A DNA stretch of 64,000 bases from Vulcanimicrobiota bacterium (GTDB lineage Bacteria > Vulcanimicrobiota > Xenobia > Xenobiales > JADMJV01): positions 32,001 to 96,000 of the forward strand of contig JBFWNU010000008.1 in NCBI GenBank assembly GCA_050250895.1, written 5' to 3'. Of this stretch, positions 36,601 to 45,363 are shown in pieces. Both the position numbers and the translations under genes were made by a program. Position 1 is the first letter of the stretch. Every line of letters begins with the position of its first letter. The notes under the pieces are model-generated. The model was not told where the DNA came from. It did no database searches and saw nothing but the letters and a program-made list of their open reading frames with translations.

Positions 36601-37477
36601 ACCGCTGCATCTCTGAGGTCTGCTCGTTACCGCTGCTGAGCCTCCGGCGGGCCGATTCTAGTTCGTTCTTGACCAGCACCAGTTCGGCGTCGCGATCGCC
36701 AACCGAGCGAGACAGGTCCTCGACCTTGTTCTTGAAGAGGGTCAGTTTCTCGAGCGTCTTGGAAAGTTTGCCTTCGAGGTCGAGGTTGCGTTGGGTGCTC
36801 TCGCCCAGTTCTCGCTCGGCGCGGTCGAGGGTTTCGCGCAACTCGACCATCTTGCGCCGAGTTCCACCCAGCTGAGCCTCGAGGTCGGTGACGCGGTCGC
36901 CTTTCTGGGTGAGCAGCTTTTCGGTGCGCTCGAGGGTGGCTCGGGTCGACTCGAAGTCGGCTTTGAGGCGCTCGAGCTGTTCTTCGATCTCCTGGCGCTG
37001 GAAGCGGCTGGTGTCACCGCTGCGCGAGAGATCGCGCACTTTCGCCTCAGAGAATCGCAGCTTTTGAACCAGACCGTCTTTCTCGGCCCGTAACGAGTTG
37101 AGCTGGCTCTCGCGGCGGGCCAGGGCGTCGGCCAGAGCGGCGCTCTCTTGCATCAACTGGCCAAGTTGTTGCTTGGCACTCTCGAGGCGACCGGCGGCCT
37201 GCTCGCCGCTGAGGTTTTGGCGGCGGGTGTCATTGAGGCTCTGAGTCAGTTCTTTGATGCGTTCTTCGGCCAGTTGGCGCGAGCGCTCGGACTCGGCGAA
37301 GCGATTTTTCAGGGTGGCCAGAGCGTCTTCGGCGCTGGCCGACTTGCCCATCATGTCCCTCAGTCGGCGCTGTTCTTGCAGGGCCAGTTCGAGATCTTGC
37401 TTAGAACGAGCAAGCTCCTGACGCAGGGTGCGCAGCAGCAGATCGTGTTCGTCGGCTTTCTTGGGAAGGTCGCTCAA
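30653..37477 (-). CDS. Giant coiled-coil protein (2274 aa)
   Basis: Near-continuous heptad-like E/L/Q/R/A sequence; almost no Pro; no Walker motif, TM or signal peptide. Confidence 0.9.
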   Translation of the reverse strand: MSDLPKKADEHDLLLRTLRQELARSKQDLELALQEQRRLRDMMGKSASAEDALATLKNRFAESERSRQLAEERIKELTQSLNDTRRQNLSGEQAAGRLESAKQQLGQLMQESAALADALARRESQLNSLRAEKDGLVQKLRFSEAKVRDLSRSGDTSRFQRQEIEEQLERLKADFESTRATLERTEKLLTQKGDRVTDLEAQLGGTRRKMVELRETLDRAERELGESTQRNLDLEGKLSKTLEKLTLFKNKVEDLSRSVGDRDAELVLVKNELESARRRLSSGNEQTSEMQRSLSEARQRNLDLEKRLRETDTQLEQTSTEVSRLMQRAKEDQEEKKRYREQLDAAIHQSEAVAQELDKSQRLQAEKQTRLDSMERRLTSERERQSELRTQLAKKDQELEQTAALVKGLEKKLREADSQRNQLIALGHTRQEKFDELAAKLEKARPALAAFKEKTQALAEALEDTRRERDHYRTRLADAERSADAAHHELLELAEARQTTIVGLQQLVDELQDELDGARQRSQDTQQELSDKERLLDELGSELLDLSHRLENSESEGDELRRQLDESQQQRLELQTQFEDRCLALGRSQERISHLEEELIELRGEQAEELEKLERQLLDTESRLQQQLSQGQNLQSEYHDASRAVESLRSKLGQAGSAIEGFKAKITELAQEIEKRNQIVYDLKQRLGDSEQQRKQVEQASAQLAHQLETERSRADELTAELEQQSQARADVESQLELRELEVRDLEEALEESQAQNADLEDAAANASRRIDQLKTELERLQTTCDDLRVALEGENDQGEALRNQLESSQTEVEQLTARVEELDLSLSDRDKLLEELQDELERARSSGDDHEAQLEQSRRSLAVREAELNATRQELEQAREELTQHLSQVEVLEVQLAEGQGRVDQLEQELARRDHELEQMGKSASQREQRLEELLSQRQTLETELKARQALAEALEQKLIKASKSLTTLKEKASAMAAAIKARDAKLREQQEALREAHASLKEREELALELDEMLVVQTARGEELEARLAESQKKETLRSQNLSDLEKRFAASEAALGDLRDQLNEREEMVVELEWNLAEAYSGLEDSDTQIDELQSELFERRNQVATQAEQLTENARLLAEASTRVAELDAHVDHLGSELELAHSEVASLADSLQNETERADRTQEELTETRQRLEQAEAHLEETLTDLAQHQSQLEVSRQQAQELGQRLGHALADFEAAETRAAELEDELSRRRKMLDDREEELQASGQALDAARTQVETLTSNLDIMRARFEQARGKLDLAAQELDARAHKLKKLADMLGQKDQQFQLERESWNQREAELRQQIEELAHALTRREGELEQQKVAEAERREQVEQELEAAQTRLVRAEKQVVFLEQDLAQARSRLQEAEEALSGEQSRSADLSAQLSEALDNRNRAENQARSLSRELEMLKVRYRDLEHEDTEAAAGLRQSLEEAQQEARSFEEQLLEAKRQHALANEEAEELKARVVELTALEFEAENLRQQLDQAQGSLHELEELRAQLALLPALEARLKDSSAQLEAMRGQLEAAQAHSQVLEQELAAARSQGNSQAAEHIEKLKAQILVRNDAVEKLKRAYQAKQARFAALEQQVASEGELRQRMAELESELTQARSDSQELEQVRAMLAERETRLTEVEARLASHQRTHEELQQMGKELDQLRAQKFQRGLQDKELQARLDSRDQELEMAENQVRKLREERDEMTQRLSQTEAALAALRGRLEQASATTPGPDPAELEKLKLSIEGKNAQISELEEELALVSSQLTDACDDLADRESRLAAAENRLASLEPVANAQQEGAVFKALLGQATERLHSTQEELVKTRGQLDELRGRHDEAQAAAQKARTRLAELEWQLTLATERPGSDAAERDRLLEQIEQLKTQTESSRQRINELLKELSTRDHRLSELEDKASENAELLEELETLQSRVAELEGLQEETRGLMPSGEFGLDAVSLQQELTRARAQLSEAQAEVLRLEEALSTREKELQGYEAQLRDANINTSSALGQLEGTRQAVAELNARIAEKERQVLSLKSDLQSAQTELESYNSRLETADQQSQEYRRQLNNTESELEMARTRLEDWEMRMRDMRRNLIDKEHFIGELEGKLLQAEAKLEAARRRNSELDETIKAKLERIRDLEDELNNGEVDRLRIEITKLTEVSARQKLVISAREGRIEELSKQLERTHTELGQRNSQLQNQLSVKMGEIKELQTEVEGLSGQLSDSQKRLSLPEPTSDKPKDGEGKLRQALKDLEERFNR

Positions 37478-37636
37478 TCTTTTGCCCTATCCAGAAGTTC
37501 TCCGCGGGAGGTCATTTTTCTTGCCGTGAGTTTGTCTGCCGGGTAGGTCTGGTCGACGGAAATAGACAGACCCCGAGAGCCTGGCTCTCAGAACTAATGT
37601 TCTTGCCGAAGTCGTTGAATCCTCTTCAAAAAAGCG

Positions 37637-38065
37637 TCATGAAGGCACGTATTTTTCGACCCAGGCGGTCATGGTGGCCAGATCGATCATCCCCGAACGA
37701 CGACCGGCCTCTTCCCCGCGAAAGAGGGCCAGAGTAGGCAGGCTCATCACCCGGTAACGCCGGGCTACGTCGGGCCAGGCCTCAGTGTCGAGTTTGACCA
37801 CCCGAATGCGCCCGGCCACCCGCCTGGCAAACTGGGCCAGGGTAGGAGCCATCGCCTTGCATGGCCCACACCAGGGAGCCCAAAAATCAACGAGCACGGG
37901 CACGCCTGCCTGTCTGACCGCCGTCTCGAAGTCGGGTCCGGTGATATCGAGTGGATAACCCGGAGCCTTCGGGTTGAGCGCAGAGCGGCACTTGCCGCAA
38001 ATGGGACCTTTCCGTTCGGGGTCCACTCGATTGACCGCGTCACACTCGGGACATACCACCTGCAT
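37637..38065 (-). CDS. trxC: Zinc-finger thioredoxin (thioredoxin 2)
   Basis: CPEC..CGKC; DFWAPWCGPC. Confidence 0.9.
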   Translation of the reverse strand: MQVVCPECDAVNRVDPERKGPICGKCRSALNPKAPGYPLDITGPDFETAVRQAGVPVLVDFWAPWCGPCKAMAPTLAQFARRVAGRIRVVKLDTEAWPDVARRYRVMSLPTLALFRGEEAGRRSGMIDLATMTAWVEKYVPS

Positions 38066-38136
38066 TTTGTTCCTATTCCAGCCTCTGCTCGGTGGCCCTG
38101 CAGGTGGGCCGCCGTCGCTTGCCAAAGGGCGCCTCT

Positions 38137-39876
38137 ATGCGTTGTTTTTGTTGGCTGCTATTGATTTTGTTGGTGGTAGGGCCGGGGCGGGCCGACACTC
38201 TCGACAGCCTGCTCGAAGCCGAGTGGCAGCACCTGTTGTCGGAAGATCCCCTGGTGGCGAGTTGGCTCGGCATTCCCGGGCATAACGATGGCTGGCCCGA
38301 CCTTTCGGCGAGCGCCCGCAAGCGGCGACACGAGCACTATCGCCAGTTGCTGAGCCGGCTCGACCGTCTGGAGGGGCTCGCTCCCCAGGAGCAGCTCAAT
38401 CTCGAGCTGTTTCGAGAGCAGATACGCTGGAAGGTCCAGGAGTACGAACTTGGCCTCGATCGGCTGGCCATCAACCAGCGGGATGGGATCCAGACGATCG
38501 GCAGTCTGGCCGATGCCCTGGAATTCTCGACTCTCAAAGACTACGAGGACTGGGTGACTCGCCTCGAGACCTTCCCTGGCTATGCGGCTCAGACCATCGA
38601 GCTGCTGCGGGAGGGCATCAAGACCGGGGTGATGCAGCCCCGGATCATCGTCGAGCGACTGCCCAGGCAGCTCGCCGACCAGATGGCCCAGGACCCCACC
38701 GATAGCATTTTTTACAAGCCCTTCAAGCAGCGGCCCCCACAGCTCGATCAGACCGCCTTCGACAGCCTGGCCGAACGCGCCCGCCACGCCATCTCGGAAG
38801 GGGTCGTGCCAGCCTATGGGCGGCTTCACCATTTCATCGAACAAGAGTATCTGCCGGCCAGCCCCCAAACGGTCGGAGCCTCGCAGTGGCCCCAGGGCCA
38901 GGCCGCTTACCAATTCTTGATCGGACGTTACACTACCACCGATATGACGGCCGACCAGATCCACCAGCTCGGCCTGGCCGAGGTCCAGCGTATCCGCGGC
39001 GAGATGGAACAGATCATCCATCAGGTCGGCTTTCGCGGCTCGTTTCGGGAGTTTCTCGACTCGTTGCGCACCGATCCCAGGTTCTACTACCACGACTCAC
39101 AAGAGCTACTCAAGACCTACCGAGCCTTCTGCAATCGGGTCGACCTGCAGATGCCCACCATGTTCGGCAAGTTGCCGCGCCGACCGTACGGGGTCGAGCC
39201 GATTCCCGACTATATCGCCCCCGACACCACCACCGCCTACTATATGCCCCCCAGCGGTTCCAGGGCCGGCATCTACTACGTCAATCTCTACCAACCCGAG
39301 GCCCGTCCCAAATACGAGATCGAGGTGCTGACCCTCCACGAGTCGGTGCCCGGCCACCACCACCAGATTGCTCTAGCTCTCGAGCTCGAGGGTCTGCCGG
39401 CCTTTCGGCGCTATAGCGACGGGTTCGGCAGTTATACCGTCTTTGTCGAGGGGTGGGCGCTTTACGCCGAGAGCCTGGGCTACGAGATGGGTTTCTACGA
39501 GGATCCTTATTCGAAGTTCGGGCAGTTGACTTACGACATGTGGCGGGCCGTGCGCCTGGTCCTCGACACCGGCATTCACGCCAAGGGCTGGACTCGTCAA
39601 CAAGCTATCGATTTCTTCTTGGAGAACACGGCTAAGACCAAATTGGACATCGTCAACGAGGTGGATCGCTACATCGCCTGGCCGGGGCAGGCTCTGGCCT
39701 ACAAGATCGGGCAGTTGAAGATCCGCGAGTTGCGCACTCGGGCCGAAAAGGAGCTAGGCCCCCGGTTCGACCTGAGGGCCTTTCACGATGTGGTGCTCGG
39801 GCAGGGAGCCGTTTCGCTAAAAGTCTTGGAACAACAAGTCGACGCCTGGGTGTCAGGACAATCGGGTGCGAAGTAA
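38137..39876 (+). CDS. DUF885 family exported protein (putative metallopeptidase)
   Basis: Signal peptide; LHESVPGHH; EGWALYAE; RLVLDTGIH; PGQALAYKIG. Confidence 0.92.
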   Translation: MRCFCWLLLILLVVGPGRADTLDSLLEAEWQHLLSEDPLVASWLGIPGHNDGWPDLSASARKRRHEHYRQLLSRLDRLEGLAPQEQLNLELFREQIRWKVQEYELGLDRLAINQRDGIQTIGSLADALEFSTLKDYEDWVTRLETFPGYAAQTIELLREGIKTGVMQPRIIVERLPRQLADQMAQDPTDSIFYKPFKQRPPQLDQTAFDSLAERARHAISEGVVPAYGRLHHFIEQEYLPASPQTVGASQWPQGQAAYQFLIGRYTTTDMTADQIHQLGLAEVQRIRGEMEQIIHQVGFRGSFREFLDSLRTDPRFYYHDSQELLKTYRAFCNRVDLQMPTMFGKLPRRPYGVEPIPDYIAPDTTTAYYMPPSGSRAGIYYVNLYQPEARPKYEIEVLTLHESVPGHHHQIALALELEGLPAFRRYSDGFGSYTVFVEGWALYAESLGYEMGFYEDPYSKFGQLTYDMWRAVRLVLDTGIHAKGWTRQQAIDFFLENTAKTKLDIVNEVDRYIAWPGQALAYKIGQLKIRELRTRAEKELGPRFDLRAFHDVVLGQGAVSLKVLEQQVDAWVSGQSGAK

Positions 39877-40122
39877 CACCGGTCGAATGCGCTCGGCGGC
39901 GGCGGGGGTGACCCGTCCCTTCGGCATGCCTTCCCAGTTGGCGGTGCCAAACCAGGTTCGCTGGCCCTGACGCAGCAGCACCGGGCGGCGAAGGATGGGG
40001 TTGTCGACGGGGTTGCTGGCTCGGCCGGCCGACAGGGCCAGTCCGGCTAGTCCGCAGGTGGCTAGATCGGCCGCCAATTTATGATCGCGAAGCGCGAGCT
40101 CGAGGGTGTTGGGCTGATGCAT
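39853..40122 (-). CDS. Small hypothetical protein (89 aa)
   Basis: GGAGG RBS upstream of ATG 40122; fills the gap between DUF885 and pfkA. Confidence 0.45.
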   Translation of the reverse strand: MHQPNTLELALRDHKLAADLATCGLAGLALSAGRASNPVDNPILRRPVLLRQGQRTWFGTANWEGMPKGRVTPAAAERIRPVLLRTRLS

Positions 40123-40272
40123 TGTATGTCCTCCATGAAAGTGGTGGACCCCGACCAGTGTGAGAGCTTGAAGGACATCTACGGCGGGCGCCGTGCGCTT
40201 CTTTAGCGGCCTCAAAAAAAGCTTAAAGGATGACGCCCGAAAAACTATTTCCGTTGTGTTAACCTGCTGCCA

Positions 40273-41373
40273 TCAGTCACCAAAGCAGATGCCGAGGTCG
40301 CGCCCCGTCTGGAGAGTGTCGCAGTCGAGGTCGACGGTCTTCATGCGCCTGGTTGCCACGGCCAACGGCACGTGCTTGACGGTGGGGGGATCGAGGGCCA
40401 CCATGACGCCATGCACGCCCTGCTCGAGAGCTCTCACTGCCGCGGCTCCGAAGCGCAACGAGATAAGCCGGTCGGTGGCGGTGGGGGTGCCACCTCGCTG
40501 CAGATGTCCCAAAACTACGTGCCGAGCTTCTTGTCCCGTCAGTTCTTGCAAGGCCTGGCAGACCTGATGGCCGATTCCGCCCAGGCGCTCGGCCTGACCC
40601 ACCGACTTGCCGACGATCGAATGCGAGCCGCCCACCGGGCGGGCTCCTTCAGCCACCACGATCAGTGAGAAATGGGCTCCAGACCGGTTGCGCTGGGCCA
40701 CCTTCTCGGCCACCTTCTCGAGGTCGAAAGGGATTTCGGGCAGCAGGATAGCGTCGGCGGTGCCGGCCACTCCGGCATGGAGGGCAATCCAACCGGCGTA
40801 ACGCCCCATGACCTCGATGACCATGATGCGTTGGTGGGCCTGGGCGGTCGAGTGCAGCCGGTCGACGCATTCGGTGGCGAAAGCCACGGCCGTATCAAAA
40901 CCGAAGGTGACGACGGTCCCATCGAGGTCATTGTCGATGGTCTTGGGCACACCGATAATGGGCATTCCCAACTGGTCGAGCTGGTTGGCGATGCCCATCG
41001 AGCCATCGCCCCCGATGGCAATCACGGCGTCGACAGCGAGGGCGCGCAGCTTGTCGATCAATTCCTGAGACCGGTCTTGTTCGGTGATGACCCCGTTTTG
41101 ATCGATGACGGGGAAAGAGCAAGGGTTGCCTCGATTGGTGGTACCCAGGATGGTGCCGCCCAGGTGGGTGATGCCGCGGACTCGGGCCGGGGTGAGTTCG
41201 ATGGTGCCTCCGTCGGGATAGTCCTCGGGAGCCAAAACGCCGTTATAACCGTCACGGATGCCCAAACATTCCCAGCCCAGGCGGGCCGACGCCTTGACCA
41301 CGGCTCGGATGACGGCGTTGAGGCCCGGCGCGTCGCCGCCTCCGGTGCTGATAGCGATCTTACGAACATTCAT
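40273..41373 (-). CDS. pfkA: 6-phosphofructokinase
   Basis: TGGGDAPGLN; GGTILGT; IGGDGS; PKTIDND; EVMGR; LGHLQRGG. Confidence 0.93.
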   Translation of the reverse strand: MNVRKIAISTGGGDAPGLNAVIRAVVKASARLGWECLGIRDGYNGVLAPEDYPDGGTIELTPARVRGITHLGGTILGTTNRGNPCSFPVIDQNGVITEQDRSQELIDKLRALAVDAVIAIGGDGSMGIANQLDQLGMPIIGVPKTIDNDLDGTVVTFGFDTAVAFATECVDRLHSTAQAHQRIMVIEVMGRYAGWIALHAGVAGTADAILLPEIPFDLEKVAEKVAQRNRSGAHFSLIVVAEGARPVGGSHSIVGKSVGQAERLGGIGHQVCQALQELTGQEARHVVLGHLQRGGTPTATDRLISLRFGAAAVRALEQGVHGVMVALDPPTVKHVPLAVATRRMKTVDLDCDTLQTGRDLGICFGD

Positions 41374-41438
41374 GGGCCGCGCATTCGGTAGCGACGAGGA
41401 GCGGCCCTTCGCGCGCGGCCACAGCTGTCGAGAACCCC

Positions 41439-41951
41439 TCAGGGTTGGGCGAGCAGGCCTTTGACCACCTTCTCGAGCTCGTCCGGAGGCAGATAGCCGT
41501 TGTGGCGGAAGACGATGTTCCCCTGGCGGTTGACCACCAGCGTGGTGGGAATGGATTCGACCGGGCCGACGCGCTCGACCAGCGAACGGACCACTTGCAG
41601 GGCCGGGCCGCTGCGGGCAAAGATCGAGGGGTAGTTCAGGCCCACGGACTTGACCCAATCGGCATGGACGGCCTGATCCTGATCAAACGAGAATCCCACC
41701 ACCCGTAGCCCCTGGTCGTTGTAGCGCTTTTGGAGGGTCACGAAAGTCGGCACCTGCTGGCGGCAGATGAGACACCAGGAGGCCCAGAACTCGAGTACCA
41801 CGACCTTTCCGTCCAGCTCGCCGCGACTCACCCTGGCGCCGTTAGAGGCTGTCAGGGACCAGTCGGGTAGCGGGCCGAAGTTGTCAGCGCTGGCCAGTCC
41901 GGTCAACCACCAACCGACCAGTACCAGTACCAGGCTCTTGCAAGCTTTCAA
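41439..41951 (-). CDS. TlpA-family thiol:disulfide oxidoreductase
   Basis: Signal peptide; FWASWCLIC; SIPTT. Confidence 0.88.
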   Translation of the reverse strand: MKACKSLVLVLVGWWLTGLASADNFGPLPDWSLTASNGARVSRGELDGKVVVLEFWASWCLICRQQVPTFVTLQKRYNDQGLRVVGFSFDQDQAVHADWVKSVGLNYPSIFARSGPALQVVRSLVERVGPVESIPTTLVVNRQGNIVFRHNGYLPPDELEKVVKGLLAQP

Positions 41952-42015
41952 ACTAGACCTCCGTGGGCGTACGTCTGTGTATTATTTGACCCGGGGGTCC
42001 GCGGCCAAACCCGCT

Positions 42016-44055
42016 CTAGCCGCAGCAATTCTTCGCCGGACGTTCGGTCCGCAGCCTCAGCGCGTTCAAGACCACCAGAAGGGTAGCCCCGGTATCGGAT
42101 AACACGGCCATCCAAAGGGTCAAACTGCCCTGTAAGACCAGCACCAGCGCGATCAGTTTCACGAAAATCGAGAAAATCACGTTCTGGCCGATGATTGCCA
42201 TGGTTCGAGTGGCCAGTTGCCGGATGTACACCAGTCTGCCGAGGTCGTCCTGCATCAGCGCCACCTGAGCGGTCTCGATGGCCACATCGGTGCCGATCAG
42301 ACCCATGGCCACTCCCACATCGGCCTGAGCCAGGGCCGGGGCGTCGTTGATGCCGTCGCCCACCATGGCGGTACTGCCCAGGCGTTGTTGCAGGTCGCGA
42401 ATATGTTCGAGTTTCTGGCCGGGCAGAAGATCGGCCCGCACCTCTTGCAACCCTACCTGATCGGCCACCCGGCGAGCCACTCCCTGGTGATCGCCAGTCA
42501 AAAGCACGACTTGCCGGATGCCCTGACGAGAAAGTTGGTGCAGAGCCCGTTTGGCTTCGCAGCGGACCGTGTCGGCCAGCCGGATGCGTCCTTCGACTCG
42601 GTCAGGCGTGCCCACCAGCACCAGGGTTTCGTCGCCGCTCTCGTGGGGGTCGTGGTCGAAGAAGCGGGGTTTTCCCACGCGCAGCCGCTGGCCGCCCACG
42701 AGAGCTTCGGCCCCCAGGCCCGGGTAGGCTTGAAAATCGTGCGCGACCGGTAACTCGAGGCCGTCAGCCCGGTGGCGGATGGCCCGGGCCACCGGATGTT
42801 CCGAGAAACTCTCGACAGCGGCGGCTCGCAGCAGAACCTCCTGCTCGGTCCACTGTCCGGTGGTCTCGACCGAGGTCACGGCCAGGCGGCCGTGAGTCAA
42901 CGTTCCGGTTTTGTCGAGGGCCAGTCCGCGCAGCTGGGCTACCAGTTCGAGGGCGGCCCCGCTTTTGACCAGTACGCCGTGGCGCGAGGCCTGTCCCAGA
43001 GCCGTGACCAGGGCCACCGGGGTGCTGATGACCAGAGCACACGGGCAGGCCAGGACCAGCAGGGTCAGGGCCCGATAGACCGCCTCTCCGTCGGTTGCAC
43101 CTTGCCAGTGAGTGTACACCCCCAGGGCGGTGGCGGCCACCAGGACCAGCGGAGTGTACACCGCCGCGAACCGATCGATAGCCCGTTGCAAGGGCGCTTT
43201 CCGGCTTTGGGCCTCTTCTACCAACGCGGTGATGCGAGCCAGCGTGCTGTCGGCCTGAGCCCGCTCGACCTCGATGAGCAGCCCGCCGGTTTGATTGACC
43301 GTGCCTCCGTAGAGACTGGAGCCGGGTCCGACTTCGACGGGGCGACTCTCGCCGGTGAGGCTCGACTGGTCGATGGTGCTCTGGCCGCTGACTACCACCG
43401 CATCGACGGGGATTCGCTCGCCGGGCAACACCTTGAGCCGGTCGCCCACCACGACTTGCTCGACAGGCACCAGCTGGTCATCGGGCCGCCGGGCCTGGGT
43501 GGGGTGAAGCTCGAGTAGTTCGCGGGTGGCTGTCTGGGTGCGGGCGCTGGCTTTCTTTTCAAGCCATTGGCTCAGGCAGTAGAGAAACATGATGGCAGAG
43601 GCTTCGGCCCAGTCGCCCAGGGCCACGGCTCCCAGGGTGGCCAGGCTGGTGAGGGCGTTCATGTCGAATCCGAAGCGGGCCAACGAGCGTCCTCCGGCGA
43701 GCAGGGTGGGGCCCCCTGCCAGCAGAGCCGAGACCAGATAAAGCGACGGTTGCTGAGCCAGCCAGGCGGCCAGGGCCAGTAGCAGGCTGAGCACCAGGGG
43801 GTAGGGTGTGGCCACTTTGATGGATTGGCCATCGCGCACTGGCTTCCAGCCGTAGCCCAGGGCTTCGATGGCTGCGGCGGCCACGTTGAAGTCGCCATCG
43901 TGGGTGATGGAGGCCTGGAAGTTGACGGGGTTGACTCGAACGCTATACACACCCTGGGTGTGGCCCAGGACCTTCTCGACCTGAGCCAGTTCGTTGGCGC
44001 AACACAATCCGTGCATTTGGATCTTGGTGGTGTTCAAGTTCTTAGAAGGTAGCAC
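42016..44055 (-). CDS. Heavy-metal P1B-type ATPase (ZntA/CadA-like)
   Basis: GLCCANE metal-binding site; LTGES; ACPCAL; DKTGT; SEHP; GDGINDAP. Confidence 0.92.
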   Translation of the reverse strand: MLPSKNLNTTKIQMHGLCCANELAQVEKVLGHTQGVYSVRVNPVNFQASITHDGDFNVAAAAIEALGYGWKPVRDGQSIKVATPYPLVLSLLLALAAWLAQQPSLYLVSALLAGGPTLLAGGRSLARFGFDMNALTSLATLGAVALGDWAEASAIMFLYCLSQWLEKKASARTQTATRELLELHPTQARRPDDQLVPVEQVVVGDRLKVLPGERIPVDAVVVSGQSTIDQSSLTGESRPVEVGPGSSLYGGTVNQTGGLLIEVERAQADSTLARITALVEEAQSRKAPLQRAIDRFAAVYTPLVLVAATALGVYTHWQGATDGEAVYRALTLLVLACPCALVISTPVALVTALGQASRHGVLVKSGAALELVAQLRGLALDKTGTLTHGRLAVTSVETTGQWTEQEVLLRAAAVESFSEHPVARAIRHRADGLELPVAHDFQAYPGLGAEALVGGQRLRVGKPRFFDHDPHESGDETLVLVGTPDRVEGRIRLADTVRCEAKRALHQLSRQGIRQVVLLTGDHQGVARRVADQVGLQEVRADLLPGQKLEHIRDLQQRLGSTAMVGDGINDAPALAQADVGVAMGLIGTDVAIETAQVALMQDDLGRLVYIRQLATRTMAIIGQNVIFSIFVKLIALVLVLQGSLTLWMAVLSDTGATLLVVLNALRLRTERPAKNCCG

Positions 44056-44150
44056 AACTAAGGGCCGGGCTCAACAGGGAGGTCAGCTGTGGAGAGCGAA
44101 TATTCCATTGAAGTCAATTCAATACTTGAGCGCGAGGAAGGTTTTTTACC

Positions 44151-45050
44151 GTGAAGCGGATCGGTGCGCTAGCTCTGATGATGTTCTGCCTGACCATGGC
44201 CGCTCAGGCCGATTATACGGGCTACTACGATTACTATAAGGTCAAGCCGGGCGACACGGTCGCTTCCGTGGCCGCCAAACACGGGGTGGCCCCCAACGCC
44301 ATCGTGGCCATGAATCCGGCCCTGGCCAGCGGAGAGAAACAACTCTCGGACATGCATTTTCTGTGCGTTCCCAAGCAAGACCCGCCGGCCCCGGTGGCCA
44401 AGAAGAAGCGCAAGCCCGCTCCCAAGCCCGAGCCCGAAGAAGATGAAGATGACGAAGTGGCCGCCGAGCCAACCCGCGAGACGGTCACCGACGAAGAGCT
44501 AGAGTACCTGGCCGAAATGGCCACCAAGAAATCCGGTCACCAGCGCACGGCCCGGGTCAACCTGGGCCACGTCAACAAGGTGATCTCGAGCGATGGTCGG
44601 GTCACTATCATCCCCAGCGCCAGACCCAAGCTGGCCTCGTTGCCCAAGGCACATCGCAAAGTGCTGGCCTCGCGCCAGGGGCGGCGTATCCACGCCCTGC
44701 TCAAGTCGTGCCGCAGCTATATGGGCGTGCCTTACGTCTGGGGCGGCGAGAGCCCTGGCGGATTCGATTGCTCGGGCTACGTTCAGTATGTCTTTTCCAA
44801 GCACGGCGTGCGTTTGCCCCGCACCGCCGATATCCAGTTCAATGTAGGTGAACGCGTCAAAAGGGGTCAAGAACGGCCGGGCGACCTGGTTTTTTTCGAG
44901 ACTTACGCCCCCGGTGCTTCTCATGTCGGCGTGTATCTGGGCAACGACTACTTCATTCACGCCAGTTCTGCCCAGGGCGCCATCTCGGTCTCGAGCTTGA
45001 GGGAAGAGTTCTTCTCCGAACGCTACCTCGGGGCACGCCGTAACCTCTAG
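44151..45050 (+). CDS. LysM plus NlpC/P60 cell-wall peptidase
   Basis: Signal peptide; YKVKPGDT; PYVWGG..FDCSG; HVGVY; FIHAS. Confidence 0.93.
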   Translation: MKRIGALALMMFCLTMAAQADYTGYYDYYKVKPGDTVASVAAKHGVAPNAIVAMNPALASGEKQLSDMHFLCVPKQDPPAPVAKKKRKPAPKPEPEEDEDDEVAAEPTRETVTDEELEYLAEMATKKSGHQRTARVNLGHVNKVISSDGRVTIIPSARPKLASLPKAHRKVLASRQGRRIHALLKSCRSYMGVPYVWGGESPGGFDCSGYVQYVFSKHGVRLPRTADIQFNVGERVKRGQERPGDLVFFETYAPGASHVGVYLGNDYFIHASSAQGAISVSSLREEFFSERYLGARRNL

Positions 45051-45159
45051 CCGTAAGGGTATCCCTGGGGATACCCACAGAGAAATCCAAAGAAGCATTT
45101 GCGGCCGTCTCCTGGCTGGCATCATAGGATCAGAAAGTAATCGAAATGGAGCTGATCCT

Positions 45160-45333
45160 ATGTTGAACTGGGCACTTGCATTTTTTATCCTGGCCATCAT
45201 CGCGGCTATCTTCGGGTTCGGTGGAGTAGCCACCGCCTCGGCAGGCATCGCCAAGATGCTGTTCTTTGTCTTTCTGGTGCTGCTGGTGATCTCGTTTGCG
45301 GTGCGAGCGGTCCAGGGCCGCTCGGTCGTATAG
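45160..45333 (+). CDS. DUF1328 (YtjA-like) small membrane protein, 57 aa
   Basis: Absent from the ORF track; translates [57 protein letters not shown]. Confidence 0.92.
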   Translation: MLNWALAFFILAIIAAIFGFGGVATASAGIAKMLFFVFLVLLVISFAVRAVQGRSVV

Positions 45334-45363
45334 CACGCAGGGGATAGGCGCGGCGGTCGTGAA

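Noticed and set aside
30653-37477. SMC, SbcC or tape-measure protein
   Set aside because: No Walker A/B, signature or hinge; no TM segments and no phage tail genes.
41374-41658. Long N-terminal extension of pfkA, and similar extensions on ORFs at 1136, 11855, 12721, 16338, 16840 and 48224
   Set aside because: They overlap neighbouring genes; downstream starts match RBS positions or family N-termini.
45057-45076. Terminator after the NlpC/P60 gene (GGGTATCC-CTGG-GGATACCC)
   Set aside because: The hairpin is real but has no U-tract on either strand, so it was not called.
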